Below, in pieces: positions 40,808 through 50,591 of a stretch of 64,000 nucleotides of DNA. Both the position numbers and the translations under genes were made by a program. The stretch lies in assembly GCA_002416505.1 (NCBI GenBank), contig DIAM01000004.1, forward strand, positions 253,649-317,648, read 5' to 3'. Source of the stretch: Gammaproteobacteria bacterium UBA5078 (GTDB taxonomy: Bacteria; Pseudomonadota; Gammaproteobacteria; Pseudomonadales; Pseudohongiellaceae). The notes beneath the pieces are model-generated. The model worked only from the letters and a program-made list of their open reading frames with translations. It did no database searches and had not been told where the DNA came from. Each line of letters begins with the position of its first letter. The stretch's first letter is position 1.

Positions 40808-42313
40808 CTATAGAGCGTAGATGGCCCCGTATTTCTCGCGCACATAGTCTACAAACGGTTGCGCGCTTAGGGCGCTGCCTGTGGCGCGCTCGCACAGTGC
40901 CGCCGGATCGAACTTACTGCCGTGTTGATGCACATTCTGATGCAGCCACGCTAGTAGACGCGTGCTATCTCCTCTCGCCAGTTCCGCCTCGATTAGGGAG
41001 TCCTGCTGTTTCGCAGCCGCGACGAATTGTGCGGAATACAGATTGCCGAGTGTGTAGGTTGGGAAATAGCCAAATGCCGCCAGCGACCAATGTACGTCTT
41101 GCAACACACCCTCGGTGTCGGTTTTTGGAGCCACGCCTAGCAGCTCTTGCATCTTCGTGCGCCACGCCTCTGGCAGGTCCGCTACGCGCAGCTCGCCATT
41201 GATCAGCATCTGCTCTAACTCGAAGCGCAGCATGATGTGCATATTATAGGTGAGCTCGTCTGCCTCAACGCGAATGAGAGAGGGCTGGACTTTATTGATG
41301 GCACGGTAAAACTGCTCAACACTAGTGCCGGTGAGCTGATTTGGGAAGTGACGCGCCAGCTCGGGAAAATGCACCTGCCAATAGCCGAGGCTGCGACCCA
41401 CCTGATTCTCGATGAGGCGCGACTGGCTTTCGTGTATACCCGAGGACGTCCCCCTGCCGAGCGGTGTACGGTCCAGGTCCTCTGCGATGCCTTGTTCATA
41501 CATGGCATGGCCGGTTTCATGCAACACGGCAAAAATCGACGAGACTGCATACTCGGGTGCAAAGCGCGTAGTTATACGCACGTCATTGCGACCGAAACTG
41601 GTGCTAAACGGATGATGCACCTCGCCTAGGTGGCCGCGCTTGAAATCATAGCCCACGGACTCCGCGGCGTAATGACACATCGCTCTCTGCGCCGCTATGG
41701 GAAAATCCTGTTTCAACATGCGATCATCGACAGCATCGAGCTTCTCGCCGATGGCCATTACTAAGGGTACTGTCTCACTCTTTAACGTTGCGAAAATACG
41801 GCGCACGTCGGCTGTCTTCATGCCACGCTCGTGCTGGCCTAAGAGCGCGTCATATCTCTCGTCTTCATAGCCATAGATCTCGGCGCTCTCTTGAGCCAAG
41901 GCCACGGCGGCCTCTAGATGGGGCTGAAAACTCGCAAAATCGTTGTCTTGGCGGGCCTTTGCCCACGCCGCCCCAGCTGCGCCCGTGATCGAACTACTGC
42001 GCTTCACGAACTCGGAACTAAAGCGGCGCTGTTCATCATAAGTACGGCGCACGGAACGCAGCATGCTCGCCTTAGTACTATCATAGTCTGCACCGGCCTG
42101 TTCTAGTTCGGAGGCGGCGAGTAAGTCGCCCAGCTCACTACTTGTAGAGAGCTCATGGGCGATGGCGCTCAGCGTCGACACTTGTGCCGTTCGCCCCGCA
42201 TTGCCCTCTATCGGCATATAGGTTTCACGGTCCCAGTGCAATACCGCGATGGACTTCTCCACATCCGCAATGGTGTGAAGTTTCTCTAGAAACTGGGCGT
42301 ATTTTTGACTCAT
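40808..42313 (-). CDS. M32 (Taq-type) metallocarboxypeptidase
   Basis: HETGHAMYEQG (HExxH), GIHESQSRLIEN, IRVEADELTYNMHIMLRFELE. Confidence 0.85.
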   Translation of the reverse strand: MSQKYAQFLEKLHTIADVEKSIAVLHWDRETYMPIEGNAGRTAQVSTLSAIAHELSTSSELGDLLAASELEQAGADYDSTKASMLRSVRRTYDEQRRFSSEFVKRSSSITGAAGAAWAKARQDNDFASFQPHLEAAVALAQESAEIYGYEDERYDALLGQHERGMKTADVRRIFATLKSETVPLVMAIGEKLDAVDDRMLKQDFPIAAQRAMCHYAAESVGYDFKRGHLGEVHHPFSTSFGRNDVRITTRFAPEYAVSSIFAVLHETGHAMYEQGIAEDLDRTPLGRGTSSGIHESQSRLIENQVGRSLGYWQVHFPELARHFPNQLTGTSVEQFYRAINKVQPSLIRVEADELTYNMHIMLRFELEQMLINGELRVADLPEAWRTKMQELLGVAPKTDTEGVLQDVHWSLAAFGYFPTYTLGNLYSAQFVAAAKQQDSLIEAELARGDSTRLLAWLHQNVHQHGSKFDPAALCERATGSALSAQPFVDYVREKYGAIYAL

Positions 42314-42344
42314 AGTTTTTCTCGACTTCAAATGACTGCGGGGG

Positions 42345-42623
42345 CTATTTGCTGCCCCAGATTTTGGCTACCGCGCGGTCGCTGCCTAGGGCTCCAACGA
42401 CAAGACAGAAGACACTGACCAACGCGAAGACAACCGTCGGTATATAGGCACCCGCACCGCCGGCGACGCTACCGAAATACAGGGAGACAATGCACAGGAG
42501 TAAGAACAAAGAACCCACCGCCAGCAAGATATTGCGATGGGATGGTCGATAGTTAAAGGGCTCTTCCCCGCCCTCGAAGAGATTGAGTATTGGGGCGAAT
42601 ATTTTTCTTAGCGTGTCTTTCAT
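42345..42623 (-). CDS. Small two-TM membrane protein
   Basis: Two hydrophobic helices. It is co-directional with and upstream of the M32-rlmA pair. No family recognised. Confidence 0.4.
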   Translation of the reverse strand: MKDTLRKIFAPILNLFEGGEEPFNYRPSHRNILLAVGSLFLLLCIVSLYFGSVAGGAGAYIPTVVFALVSVFCLVVGALGSDRAVAKIWGSK

Positions 42624-42654
42624 ATAGTCTGTCTACTCCACTTTGCGTCGCGAG

Positions 42655-43026
42655 TTAGCGATGTTGATCGACCAATATCTGATTGCCATCGGGGTCCACC
42701 AGCGTGAAAAAATCTGGCCCACTGCCATTCTCGTCGGCCTCCTTTGTCGGGGCCAAGCCTTCGGCCTTGAGCTGACTCTGCAATTGTCGAACATCCGTGA
42801 AGGGGTCCACGTTGTGCCCATCGGCATCCCAGCCCGGATTGAAGGTAAGGATGTTCTGATCGAACATGCCCTGGAACAAACCTATCTTGCAGGAGGCGTT
42901 GCGTAGAACTAACCAATGCTCGTCGATGTTGCCGGCTACGACTACGAAGCCTAATCTCTCGTAGAACTGCTTAGACTTGTGGATATCCTTAACCGTTAAA
43001 CTAATTGAAAAGTTTCCTAGTTGCAT
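42655..43026 (-). CDS. VOC/glyoxalase-family protein
   Basis: Size and pattern (FSISLTVKDIHKSKQFYERLGF...DPDGNQILV) are typical of glyoxalase/bleomycin-resistance fold proteins. Confidence 0.65.
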   Translation of the reverse strand: MQLGNFSISLTVKDIHKSKQFYERLGFVVVAGNIDEHWLVLRNASCKIGLFQGMFDQNILTFNPGWDADGHNVDPFTDVRQLQSQLKAEGLAPTKEADENGSGPDFFTLVDPDGNQILVDQHR

Positions 43027-43043
43027 ATCTGGCTCCTCAATAG

Positions 43044-43592
43044 CTATTTTCTGGGATGTTTAGCGAAATACTCCCCTGCACTAAGTTCATAGTGCTTCAG
43101 GACTCTATTATGACCGCTTAAGGTCACAGTCACATCCCCAATATAATGCAATCCGTTCTTGACGATGACCCGCGCCGACGCCACATTCTCCGGCAAGTGT
43201 CGTGCAAACTGCTTAGTCAGGCCGAGTGTATTGAAGCCGAAGTCGATCAAGGCCGCCGCAGCCTCCGTACAATAGCCGCAACCCCAGTAGGGCACGCCTA
43301 TCCAGTAGCCGAACTCTGCCTCGCTCTGGCGTATCGCAACAAAGCTAATGGCGCCAATGAGTGTCTGTGTCTCTCTCAGGATGATGGCATAGGAGAGCGA
43401 TGTTCTCTCGCTCCATGCCGCGACGTGACCGCCGATCCACTCCTCGGCCATGCCATCGAGGTAGGGGTGGGGCAAGGCCGCCGTCATGTCCGCGATCCGC
43501 TTGTCGCCAGCGAGGCCCTGCACGCGCTTCGCATCACCAAATGTGAAGGGCCGAAGAAGTAGTCGCGGGCTTTTTAGGAGAGGCTGTTCCAT
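43044..43592 (-). CDS. GNAT N-acetyltransferase (RimJ/RimL-like)
   Basis: LKSPRLLLRPFTFGDA..., GYWIGVPYWGCGYCTEAAAALIDFGF. Confidence 0.7.
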   Translation of the reverse strand: MEQPLLKSPRLLLRPFTFGDAKRVQGLAGDKRIADMTAALPHPYLDGMAEEWIGGHVAAWSERTSLSYAIILRETQTLIGAISFVAIRQSEAEFGYWIGVPYWGCGYCTEAAAALIDFGFNTLGLTKQFARHLPENVASARVIVKNGLHYIGDVTVTLSGHNRVLKHYELSAGEYFAKHPRK

Positions 43593-43785
43593 GTAAATCT
43601 CTCAAGGAAGCAGGAGTAGGGTCAAGGCTACAGGAATAAGCTGCTGTGCAATAAACGCCCTGGAGCGAAGGTGAACGAACCTGCGCTCAATAAGCCTCCC
43701 ACATAGAGGCCTATCATATTGCCTTTATGTTGCTTTATATCGCCTCTGCGCGCTGCAAGATAGGCGAATTGCAAATAACTCATTG

Positions 43786-44415
43786 CTAGACCACCTTGAC
43801 GTAGAAAAATAGGTCCGTCGTTTCCGCACTATCTTCTTGAACATAGGTTTTGCGTTCCAGCTCAAGTATTTCGAACCCATTTCGGATTAGAAGATCTTGC
43901 AGAAATTCTTCCCTGTAGAAGTAGGTGTAGACGCGATCCTCTCGGTCTGGTTCTCGGCAGCCAGAATCCGCGTAGTCGCCTGACATAGTACTGAGATAAA
44001 AGATTCCGCCTGCTCGCAACATGGAGCGTGCATCGCTCACAAATTTTTCTACTTCGCCTTTGTCCAAATAGGGCACACAGAAGCCCGCAATAAGCGCGTC
44101 GAAGCACTTGCCAATCGATACTATGTCACGGCTATCGCGAAGCTCGAAAAAACCAGAAGGAACTGCCGCTCGCGCAAGGGACAGCATTGCAGGGGCGAGA
44201 TCTGTGCCATGGACTCGCAGCCTAGGATGACGGCCGAGCAAATAGTGGCTAATGTTTGCTGGGCCACAGGCAACATCAAGAATACTCGCCCTATCTTCGA
44301 TTAGTGCACTTAGTTTCTCGTAGGTCTTTACATAGGGCTCGAAGGCCGCGAATTTTTCTTGATAAGGCTTGGCGTATTTGTCGAAAGTGTTGACAGTCTC
44401 CGTTAGCTTGTTCAT
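43786..44415 (-). CDS. Class I SAM-dependent methyltransferase
   Basis: Motif I ILDVACGPANISHYL, and motif post-I VHGTDLAPAM. Confidence 0.7.
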   Translation of the reverse strand: MNKLTETVNTFDKYAKPYQEKFAAFEPYVKTYEKLSALIEDRASILDVACGPANISHYLLGRHPRLRVHGTDLAPAMLSLARAAVPSGFFELRDSRDIVSIGKCFDALIAGFCVPYLDKGEVEKFVSDARSMLRAGGIFYLSTMSGDYADSGCREPDREDRVYTYFYREEFLQDLLIRNGFEILELERKTYVQEDSAETTDLFFYVKVV

Positions 44416-44439
44416 GGAAGTTTTCTCATCATTGCCGAA

Positions 44440-44585
44440 TCAGGTGTCACTTAGTTGTGCCATTTTTAATATCCTATTCCAGTTACGCACTCCCATAGCC
44501 TCTAGAATGGAGACGAGCTCTTTCATTGCCAGAATATCTTTCCCCCTACGTTGATGCCACGCAACAGCGCTAAGAGTTTATCCAT
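44440..44585 (-). pseudogene. Frameshifted, 3'-truncated remnant of a DUF1697-family gene
   Basis: My own minus-strand translation from ATG 44585 gives MDKLLALLRGINVGGK, then a premature stop. A 1-nt frame change at the G-run (44541-44546) continues as KDILAMKELVSILEAMGV. LLRGINVGG..K..M.EL is the conserved DUF1697 N-terminus. Only ~48 of ~180 expected codons remain before the next gene. Confidence 0.4.
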
Positions 44586-44589
44586 CTTC

Positions 44590-45201
44590 TCATTCGTTCT
44601 TCGTGGGCATTGCCACATAGGATGGGAGCTTCTCTATGTCCCTAAACCAACGCAGGATGTGGGGATAGCCGGCGAGATCGAAGCCACCCTCGTGCGCTAC
44701 CTGTGTATAGGCATAGAGAGCGATATCGGCGATCGTAATGCTCTCTCCGACTAGATAGTCTTGCCGAGATAGCTGTTCGTTCATGATCCCTAAGGCCTTA
44801 TGACCGCCGGCTTGCTTGCCGTGGTACTCCGCCTCGCGCTCCTTTGGCAGACCTAGGTATTTTTTGATGTAACGGGCCGTGGCAATATAGGGTTCGTGGC
44901 TGTACTGCTCGAAGAACATCCATTGCAATACCTTAGCCCTGTCCCATCGCGATTCCGGTAGAAAGGGCGTGCCGTCGGCTAGGTAGTTGAGAATCGCATT
45001 AGACTCCCATAGTGTTTTACCGTCTCCAAAATCTATCACCGGAATGCGCGCGTTCGGATTCAAGCGTTTGAATGACTCGGTATGGGTTTCCTGCGCAAGA
45101 ATATTCACGTGCACCCATTCAAACTCGGTACCCAAGAATTCCAATAGCATTTTAATCTTGTAGCAGTTCCCGGACAGGATATCGCCGTACACCTTGATCA
45201 T
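44590..45201 (-). CDS. Glutathione S-transferase family protein
   Basis: MIKVYGDILSGNCYKIKMLLEFLG...NPNARIPVIDFGDGKTLWESNAILNYL. Confidence 0.75.
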   Translation of the reverse strand: MIKVYGDILSGNCYKIKMLLEFLGTEFEWVHVNILAQETHTESFKRLNPNARIPVIDFGDGKTLWESNAILNYLADGTPFLPESRWDRAKVLQWMFFEQYSHEPYIATARYIKKYLGLPKEREAEYHGKQAGGHKALGIMNEQLSRQDYLVGESITIADIALYAYTQVAHEGGFDLAGYPHILRWFRDIEKLPSYVAMPTKNE

Positions 45202-45254
45202 CTCATCTCTCCACTAATTCTTGCGCGCTCAGTTAAATTTCTAAGTGTACTGAA

Positions 45255-45884
45255 TCATTGCCGGCCCTGGTCGAAGGCGACAAAGGCTCCGAGGCCGATC
45301 ATGATGCTTCCCGCACCTCTATTCATATTGCGGGCCGCCCGCGGACTGTCGTCTAGGAATGGCAGCAGCCGTGTAGTACCGAATACGACAGTGAAGTCTG
45401 CCAGCATATTGAAGAGCACACAGATCAGACCTAGTAATAGAAATTGCGGCATCAACGCTGCGCTCTGATCCACAAACTGCGGGATGAAGGCTAGAAAGAA
45501 CAGCGCCGTCTTCACATTGAAGATCTCCGTTAAGGCTCCCTCCACGAATACTCGTCTGCCCCCCGAGGCCTGGATGGGTAGAGGACGCAAAGAGAACTGC
45601 GCCTGTTGCAATGTGCGCACCCCAAGATAAACAAGATACGCGGCACCTAAATACTTAATCAATGTAAACGCCTCTGCCGAGGCGAACAATATGGCAGAGA
45701 GGCCTATCGCCGATATCGCCACATGCACCAAGCCTCCCGATGCCGCTCCTAGTGTCGAGGCGATGCCATCGATTCTGCCGCCCGCCACAGTACGTGCCAT
45801 GACGTATAGAATACTCGGCCCGGGTGTGAAGGCTAAGACCACGGCGGCGATGAAGAAGGGTATGAGATTAATGGGCTCCGGCAT
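45255..45884 (-). CDS. LysE/RhtB-family amino-acid exporter
   Basis: FFIAAVVLAFTPGPSILYV and six-TM topology. I preferred ATG 45884 over 45902. Confidence 0.75.
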   Translation of the reverse strand: MPEPINLIPFFIAAVVLAFTPGPSILYVMARTVAGGRIDGIASTLGAASGGLVHVAISAIGLSAILFASAEAFTLIKYLGAAYLVYLGVRTLQQAQFSLRPLPIQASGGRRVFVEGALTEIFNVKTALFFLAFIPQFVDQSAALMPQFLLLGLICVLFNMLADFTVVFGTTRLLPFLDDSPRAARNMNRGAGSIMIGLGAFVAFDQGRQ

Positions 45885-45910
45885 GTTTTGCGTCCTTTTC
45901 AACTAGGGGT

Positions 45911-46537
45911 CTATTGTTGCGTGCTTAACAGTTTTATAGCCAGTGCCGCGAACACCGCGCCCGCGACACGGTTTAAGTTGCGTTGGGCTGTTTCCGAGCG
46001 ACTAAACCCCATCCCTATGGTGCCGGCTAGCGCGGCGATAGCGCCAAACACTAGCAGGGTTGCGAGAATAAATAGTGCACCGAGCAGCATTATCTGGATG
46101 GCGATAGAGCCTCTCTCGGGTGAGGCGAATTGCGGGAGAAAGGCTAGAAAAAATATCGAGACTTTAGGATTGCTGATGTTCATGAAAATGCCGCGACGGT
46201 ATAGGGCCCAATGTGAGCGGCTCGTGCTTGTCACGTCGCTTAAAGACTCTGGTGCGGCTCGCCACGCCAGCCAAGCAAGATAGAGCAGATAACCAGCCCC
46301 AAGCAACTTTAAAGCCGTGAAGGCCACTGCCGAGGTCTGAAAGATCACCGCGATGCCCAATGCCACCGCTGCGGTATGAACGAGCAATCCTGTGCACAGG
46401 CCCAAAGTGACCAGCAGACCCGAAACACGTCCGTACAATGCGGACTGGGTAAGCACGAACACATTGTCAGGGCCGGGCGCGAGGCTAAGCAGTACCGCTG
46501 CGATTAAAAAAGTTATCAAGGAATCGGTGGGTATCAT
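45911..46537 (-). CDS. LysE/RhtB-family amino-acid exporter (paralogue)
   Basis: FLIAAVLLSLAPGPDNVFV, NISNPKVSIFFLAFLPQF. Confidence 0.75.
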   Translation of the reverse strand: MIPTDSLITFLIAAVLLSLAPGPDNVFVLTQSALYGRVSGLLVTLGLCTGLLVHTAAVALGIAVIFQTSAVAFTALKLLGAGYLLYLAWLAWRAAPESLSDVTSTSRSHWALYRRGIFMNISNPKVSIFFLAFLPQFASPERGSIAIQIMLLGALFILATLLVFGAIAALAGTIGMGFSRSETAQRNLNRVAGAVFAALAIKLLSTQQ

Positions 46538-46587
46538 AGGGTCGATCTTGTGTATGCAAGCAGATGTTGCGGATTAAATACCGCGGA

Positions 46588-47355
46588 CTAGTCGTTCTCC
46601 ATGTCTCTATTCACTGTCAATGCGCTCCAGGCTTGGCACACCGGCATCACTTCTAGGGTATTTACATTGACGTGGGAAGGTACCGAGTTCACCCAATAAA
46701 TGATGTCGGCGATGTCCTCGGCCGTCAACGGCTTCGTGTCGGCGTAGACCTTATCGGCTCGCTCGGCATCCCCCTTGAAACGCACATTCGAGAAATTGGT
46801 CTGTGCCATGCCAGGCTCGATATTACTCACCCGCACATGCTTACCGAGCAAATCTGCCCGCAGTGCGCGGGAGAAATTCTGCACGAAGGCTTTAGTCGCG
46901 CCATAGGTGTTGCCACCGGGATATGGCCAATTGCCTGCGGTGGAACCGATGTTGATGATGTGGCCCGTGTCGCGCTTAACCATCGCTGGAAGCACGGCAC
47001 GGGTAACTCGCAGCAGGCCGGTGACATTGGTATCGATCATGGTTTCCCAGTTTGCGAAATCGGCCTCGAAGGCTGGCTCTACACCTAGGGCGAGGCCTGC
47101 GCTGTTGACTAGGACATCGATCTGTTGAAACTGCTCGGGGAGTTGCGCGAAGAACGCGGCGACAGAATCTGCACTACTCACATCCATTGCGGCGTAATGC
47201 ACGGGGCATAGTGAGCCGAGCTCCTGTGCCAGATCGCGCAGCTTGTCTAGGCTTCTTGCCGCCAGCACTAGCGCACATTGCTCCTTGGCGAATCTGCGCG
47301 CTGTGGCCTCACCAAAACCAGACGAAGCACCGGTAATCATTACGGTCTTTGCCAT
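46588..47355 (-). CDS. SDR-family NADP-dependent oxidoreductase (YdfG-like)
   Basis: TGASSGFG, NSAG, and the catalytic YGATKAF. Confidence 0.8.
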   Translation of the reverse strand: MAKTVMITGASSGFGEATARRFAKEQCALVLAARSLDKLRDLAQELGSLCPVHYAAMDVSSADSVAAFFAQLPEQFQQIDVLVNSAGLALGVEPAFEADFANWETMIDTNVTGLLRVTRAVLPAMVKRDTGHIINIGSTAGNWPYPGGNTYGATKAFVQNFSRALRADLLGKHVRVSNIEPGMAQTNFSNVRFKGDAERADKVYADTKPLTAEDIADIIYWVNSVPSHVNVNTLEVMPVCQAWSALTVNRDMEND

Positions 47356-47388
47356 TGCTGCCCCTGCCCTGTCGACTAATCTCGTCGC

Positions 47389-47739
47389 CTAGATCTTCGC
47401 GCCGAAATTAACGGTCTTAGTGGGTACCCAACCTAGCTGACCCGCACTGGTCTCGAGTAGATACCATTCGTTTAGCTCGCGAATGACCTTGAGTTTCTGG
47501 CCCATCGTCGTGCTTAGCTCGAAGGCGTTGTAATCCATGTTCGCGACACCGGTATTGCTGCCCTGTTCGCGATCGAAATACTGTACGGGCGCCCAGCCTT
47601 CTTTGCCATCTTTGGCTTTGGCGAGAATCCATCCTGGGTATTCGGTATCCATCTCGCCTAATTCTATGACCTCCCCTTTCTTGAATTTGATTGGGTTAGG
47701 GTAATGGGACGTATAGGGCTCGATCACAATAACGTTCAT
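47389..47739 (-). CDS. Small protein with two SH3-like halves
   Basis: Both halves end in the SH3-type pattern G-W-x-P (KDGKEGWAPVQYF; SAGQLGWVPTKTV). Confidence 0.45.
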   Translation of the reverse strand: MNVIVIEPYTSHYPNPIKFKKGEVIELGEMDTEYPGWILAKAKDGKEGWAPVQYFDREQGSNTGVANMDYNAFELSTTMGQKLKVIRELNEWYLLETSAGQLGWVPTKTVNFGAKI

Positions 47740-47990
47740 GCTTTCCTCTTTCGATTAGATGTTCAGTGTGTGGATGTGTCGCTTTTATTGACACTCAACG
47801 CGCCGTGAACAGACTCGGCCTGCCGGGCAGCTATATGGAAAGCCCTTAAACACAGTGCCAAAGCTGATTCCATGACTGCTCCTTGACTAAGGTCAATCAT
47901 GACACAATCTCGTGCTGCAAGGCCCAATAAGTCGCGCGCATATTGAAAAATTTCTTGCCTAGTTCGTAGTTGCCACAATCCCTTGGCGCT

Positions 47991-48374
47991 TCAAGCGATC
48001 GTTTGTGCGCTAAGCACTAGTACTGGAAGCCACACCAAGCAGGCTAGTGCCACCGAACAGCAAAAGACGAGGAGCGCACCGCTGAGCGTCGCATGACCCA
48101 AATAAACACGTGTCTGGAAAACCGGCAGGCGCGCCAACAACCATAGGACTGCTGCTATATCTTGCCCCATCTGCTGTACGCGCATCCGCAGCGTTAAAAA
48201 CGTGGCTTTCGAGAAGGCAAACACGATTAAAATTAGCGCTTCAAGGCCCGCCAAGTCTGCCAGTATCACGAAATCAATCGCAAAGGGCGCCACATAGGGC
48301 GCGACTAGGATGAGTCCAAGAATGATGGCTAGCTTAGTTGCCGCACTGGGACTTAGCTTCCATTTCATGTGCAT
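47991..48374 (-). CDS. Hypothetical membrane protein (4 TM)
   Basis: Hydrophobicity only. Confidence 0.4.
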   Translation of the reverse strand: MHMKWKLSPSAATKLAIILGLILVAPYVAPFAIDFVILADLAGLEALILIVFAFSKATFLTLRMRVQQMGQDIAAVLWLLARLPVFQTRVYLGHATLSGALLVFCCSVALACLVWLPVLVLSAQTIA

Positions 48375-48401
48375 GCCTCGATAACGATGAGTTCGAGTGG
48401 T

Positions 48402-49553
48402 TCACTGCGAAGGCGCCCTAAAAGGCAGCATCGCACTGGCCTGGTCGCGGTACTGGTGAATATAGTCACGCTCTTCTTCTAAGTAGTTGGCAATCGCCAC
48501 ATCGAACTGCGGGTCCGCTATCCAGTGATTCGAATAGGTCGTGATCGGCTCGAAACCACGCTGTATCTTATGCTCGCCTTGGGCCCCGGAGTCGAAGGAC
48601 TGTAGGCCATGGTCTATGCAATATTCGATGCCCTGATAGTAACAAGTCTCAAAGTGTAGAAACTGATACTCCTGCTGGCAACCCCAATAGCGTCCATAGA
48701 GTTTGTTTTCATCGCGAAGGCTCAGGGCGGCGGCGATGGGCTGCCCATCGCGCAGCGCGAGTACAAGTAGTAATCGCCCCGGCAGCGTTTCCCCTAACTG
48801 TGTGAAGAAAGACAGGTCGAGATAGGCCTGCTGACCACGCACGTGGTAGGTATTTTGGTAAAAGCCGTAGAATACCTTCCACAGTGACGCACTGATTTGC
48901 GCACCCGAATAACGTTCGAACTGGATATTCGCGTCTTGGACGACGCGGCGCTCCTTGCGCAGATTCTTGCGCTTGCGCGAGTTGAAGGACTCTAGATAGT
49001 GCTCGAAGGATGTGTAGCCGCGGTTGAACCAATGGAATTGCGTGGCGATGCGCTGGTGTGCGCCCTGCGTGGCGAGCAGCTCACTCTCGGCTCTAGTCGG
49101 AAATAGGACGTGCCAACTGCTCGCGCCGAGGCGTTTCGCCTCTGCGATCACTGCAAGACTAATCACCTTAGCCATGCCGTCGAAGTCCTCCTCGGCTGCG
49201 ATGAGGAGCCTAGTGGCATAACTTGGTGTAAAGGGCACGGCGCTTAGCAGTTTAGGATAATAACGCCGCCCGTTCTGGCGATAGGCATCGGCCCAAGACC
49301 AGTCGAAGACGTATTCGCCATAGGAGTGTTCCTTGATATAGAGAGGCAGTGCGGCGATAGCCCGATTGCCGCGCAATACCAGTAGATGATGAGGCTGCCA
49401 TCCCGTGTGCGCACTAACGCTGCCGCTGTTCTCCAAGGCTAGTAGAAACTCGTGCTGTAGAAACGGGCTGGCATCGTTCGCCAACCCATTCCAGGTTGCA
49501 CTCGGGATATCGGCTATACGCGGATGGAACTGGAACTCTAAGCTTACTGCCAA
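48402..49553 (-). CDS. DUF482 / FemAB-like GNAT-fold acyltransferase (COG3146 family)
   Basis: IPSATWNGLANDASPFLQHEFLLALENSGSV...GWQPHHLL, and RKNLRKERR are typical of this family. Confidence 0.65.
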   Translation of the reverse strand: MAVSLEFQFHPRIADIPSATWNGLANDASPFLQHEFLLALENSGSVSAHTGWQPHHLLVLRGNRAIAALPLYIKEHSYGEYVFDWSWADAYRQNGRRYYPKLLSAVPFTPSYATRLLIAAEEDFDGMAKVISLAVIAEAKRLGASSWHVLFPTRAESELLATQGAHQRIATQFHWFNRGYTSFEHYLESFNSRKRKNLRKERRVVQDANIQFERYSGAQISASLWKVFYGFYQNTYHVRGQQAYLDLSFFTQLGETLPGRLLLVLALRDGQPIAAALSLRDENKLYGRYWGCQQEYQFLHFETCYYQGIEYCIDHGLQSFDSGAQGEHKIQRGFEPITTYSNHWIADPQFDVAIANYLEEERDYIHQYRDQASAMLPFRAPSQ

Positions 49554-49648
49554 TGCGGTTTCCCTAGCGTCATCTGGACGCGTTCGTGGTAGTTAGATGC
49601 CTGTATTTCCTGCTATATTGCGGGCTGATTCGTGCCAAAGGATATCGC

Positions 49649-50503
49649 GTGGAATCGCTAAACCCAATCAATAAGATCAAGGAACACAGAGACGCTCTGC
49701 GTAAATCCGAGCGCAAGGTTGCCGACTTCATTCTGGACAACAGTGCCGCGTTGATCAATATGCGGATAGTTGATGTGGCCTCGAGTGCCCAGGTCAGTGA
49801 GCCGACCGTACTGCGTTTCTGTCGCGCCCTAGGCTACGACGGCTTCCAATCCTTTAAATTGCAATTGGCCCAACACATAGGCACCAGCAGTAGCTATTCG
49901 CAGTTCTCCGTGGACGATGCCGATACCGCCGCCGATCTGTGCAATAAAGTATTTGATTCCACGATCGGCTCGCTCCTAACGGTGCGCGACCAACTCGATG
50001 CCACGATACTCGAGACTGCGATAAACAAGCTTAGCCATGCCAACCGGGTCGAATTCTATGGCTTCGGGGCATCCGGTTCAGTGGCAGCCGATGCGCAACA
50101 CAAGTTCTTCCGCCTACAAGTCTCCACGGCGGCCTACACCGACCCGCATATTCAGCTGATGTCGGCGATCTCTCTAGGGGAGAAAGACGTAGTGGTCGCG
50201 ATTTCGCAGTCGGGCCGTACCAAGGCCTTGATTCAGAGTGTGAATCTCGCGATGGAGGCTGGGGCAACGGTGATTGGGCTAGCGCCGGCAGACACTCCGC
50301 TGAGCGAGCTATGTAGCATCGCCATCCATGTCAATGTCGAAGAGGATCAACACGAGTTTACCCCGGTTTCTTCTCGAATCGCCCATCTGCTAGTGATCGA
50401 TGTGCTTGCGATGGGAGTAGCGCGCTATCGCAAGGCCCTACTGAAGGATCATCTCAAGCGTATGAATAAGAATTTGCGTACGCTGCGGACCTATAAGAGT
50501 TAG
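49649..50503 (+). CDS. MurR/RpiR-family regulator (HTH + SIS domain; HexR-like)
   Basis: LRKSERKVADFILDN...VASSAQVSEPTVLRFCRALGYDGFQSFK, SIS VVVAISQSGRT. GTG 49649 follows an AAAGGA SD. Confidence 0.75.
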   Translation: MESLNPINKIKEHRDALRKSERKVADFILDNSAALINMRIVDVASSAQVSEPTVLRFCRALGYDGFQSFKLQLAQHIGTSSSYSQFSVDDADTAADLCNKVFDSTIGSLLTVRDQLDATILETAINKLSHANRVEFYGFGASGSVAADAQHKFFRLQVSTAAYTDPHIQLMSAISLGEKDVVVAISQSGRTKALIQSVNLAMEAGATVIGLAPADTPLSELCSIAIHVNVEEDQHEFTPVSSRIAHLLVIDVLAMGVARYRKALLKDHLKRMNKNLRTLRTYKS

Positions 50504-50591
50504 ATTGAGCTGGCCGTGCATAGCCTAAATTCTAATCGTTGTAGAGGCGCCTGGCCTCGCAATGGGGCAAGCGCTCCTACAAAGCAGAAAC

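Noticed and set aside
40797-40895. Upstream extension of the rlmA ORF, overlapping the 3' end of the M32 carboxypeptidase gene.
   Set aside because: The RlmA Zn-finger homology begins just after ATG 40796. The extension is Arg-rich and would overlap the neighbouring CDS by 88 nt.
47763-47978. 71-aa minus-strand ORF in the 252-bp gap between the SH3-like gene and the membrane protein gene. It includes an internal AAGGAG-N5-ATG that would give a 36-aa peptide.
   Set aside because: It has no recognisable motif and a TTG start for the long form. The size is within chance expectation. I kept it as a possibility only, and Ribo-seq would be needed.
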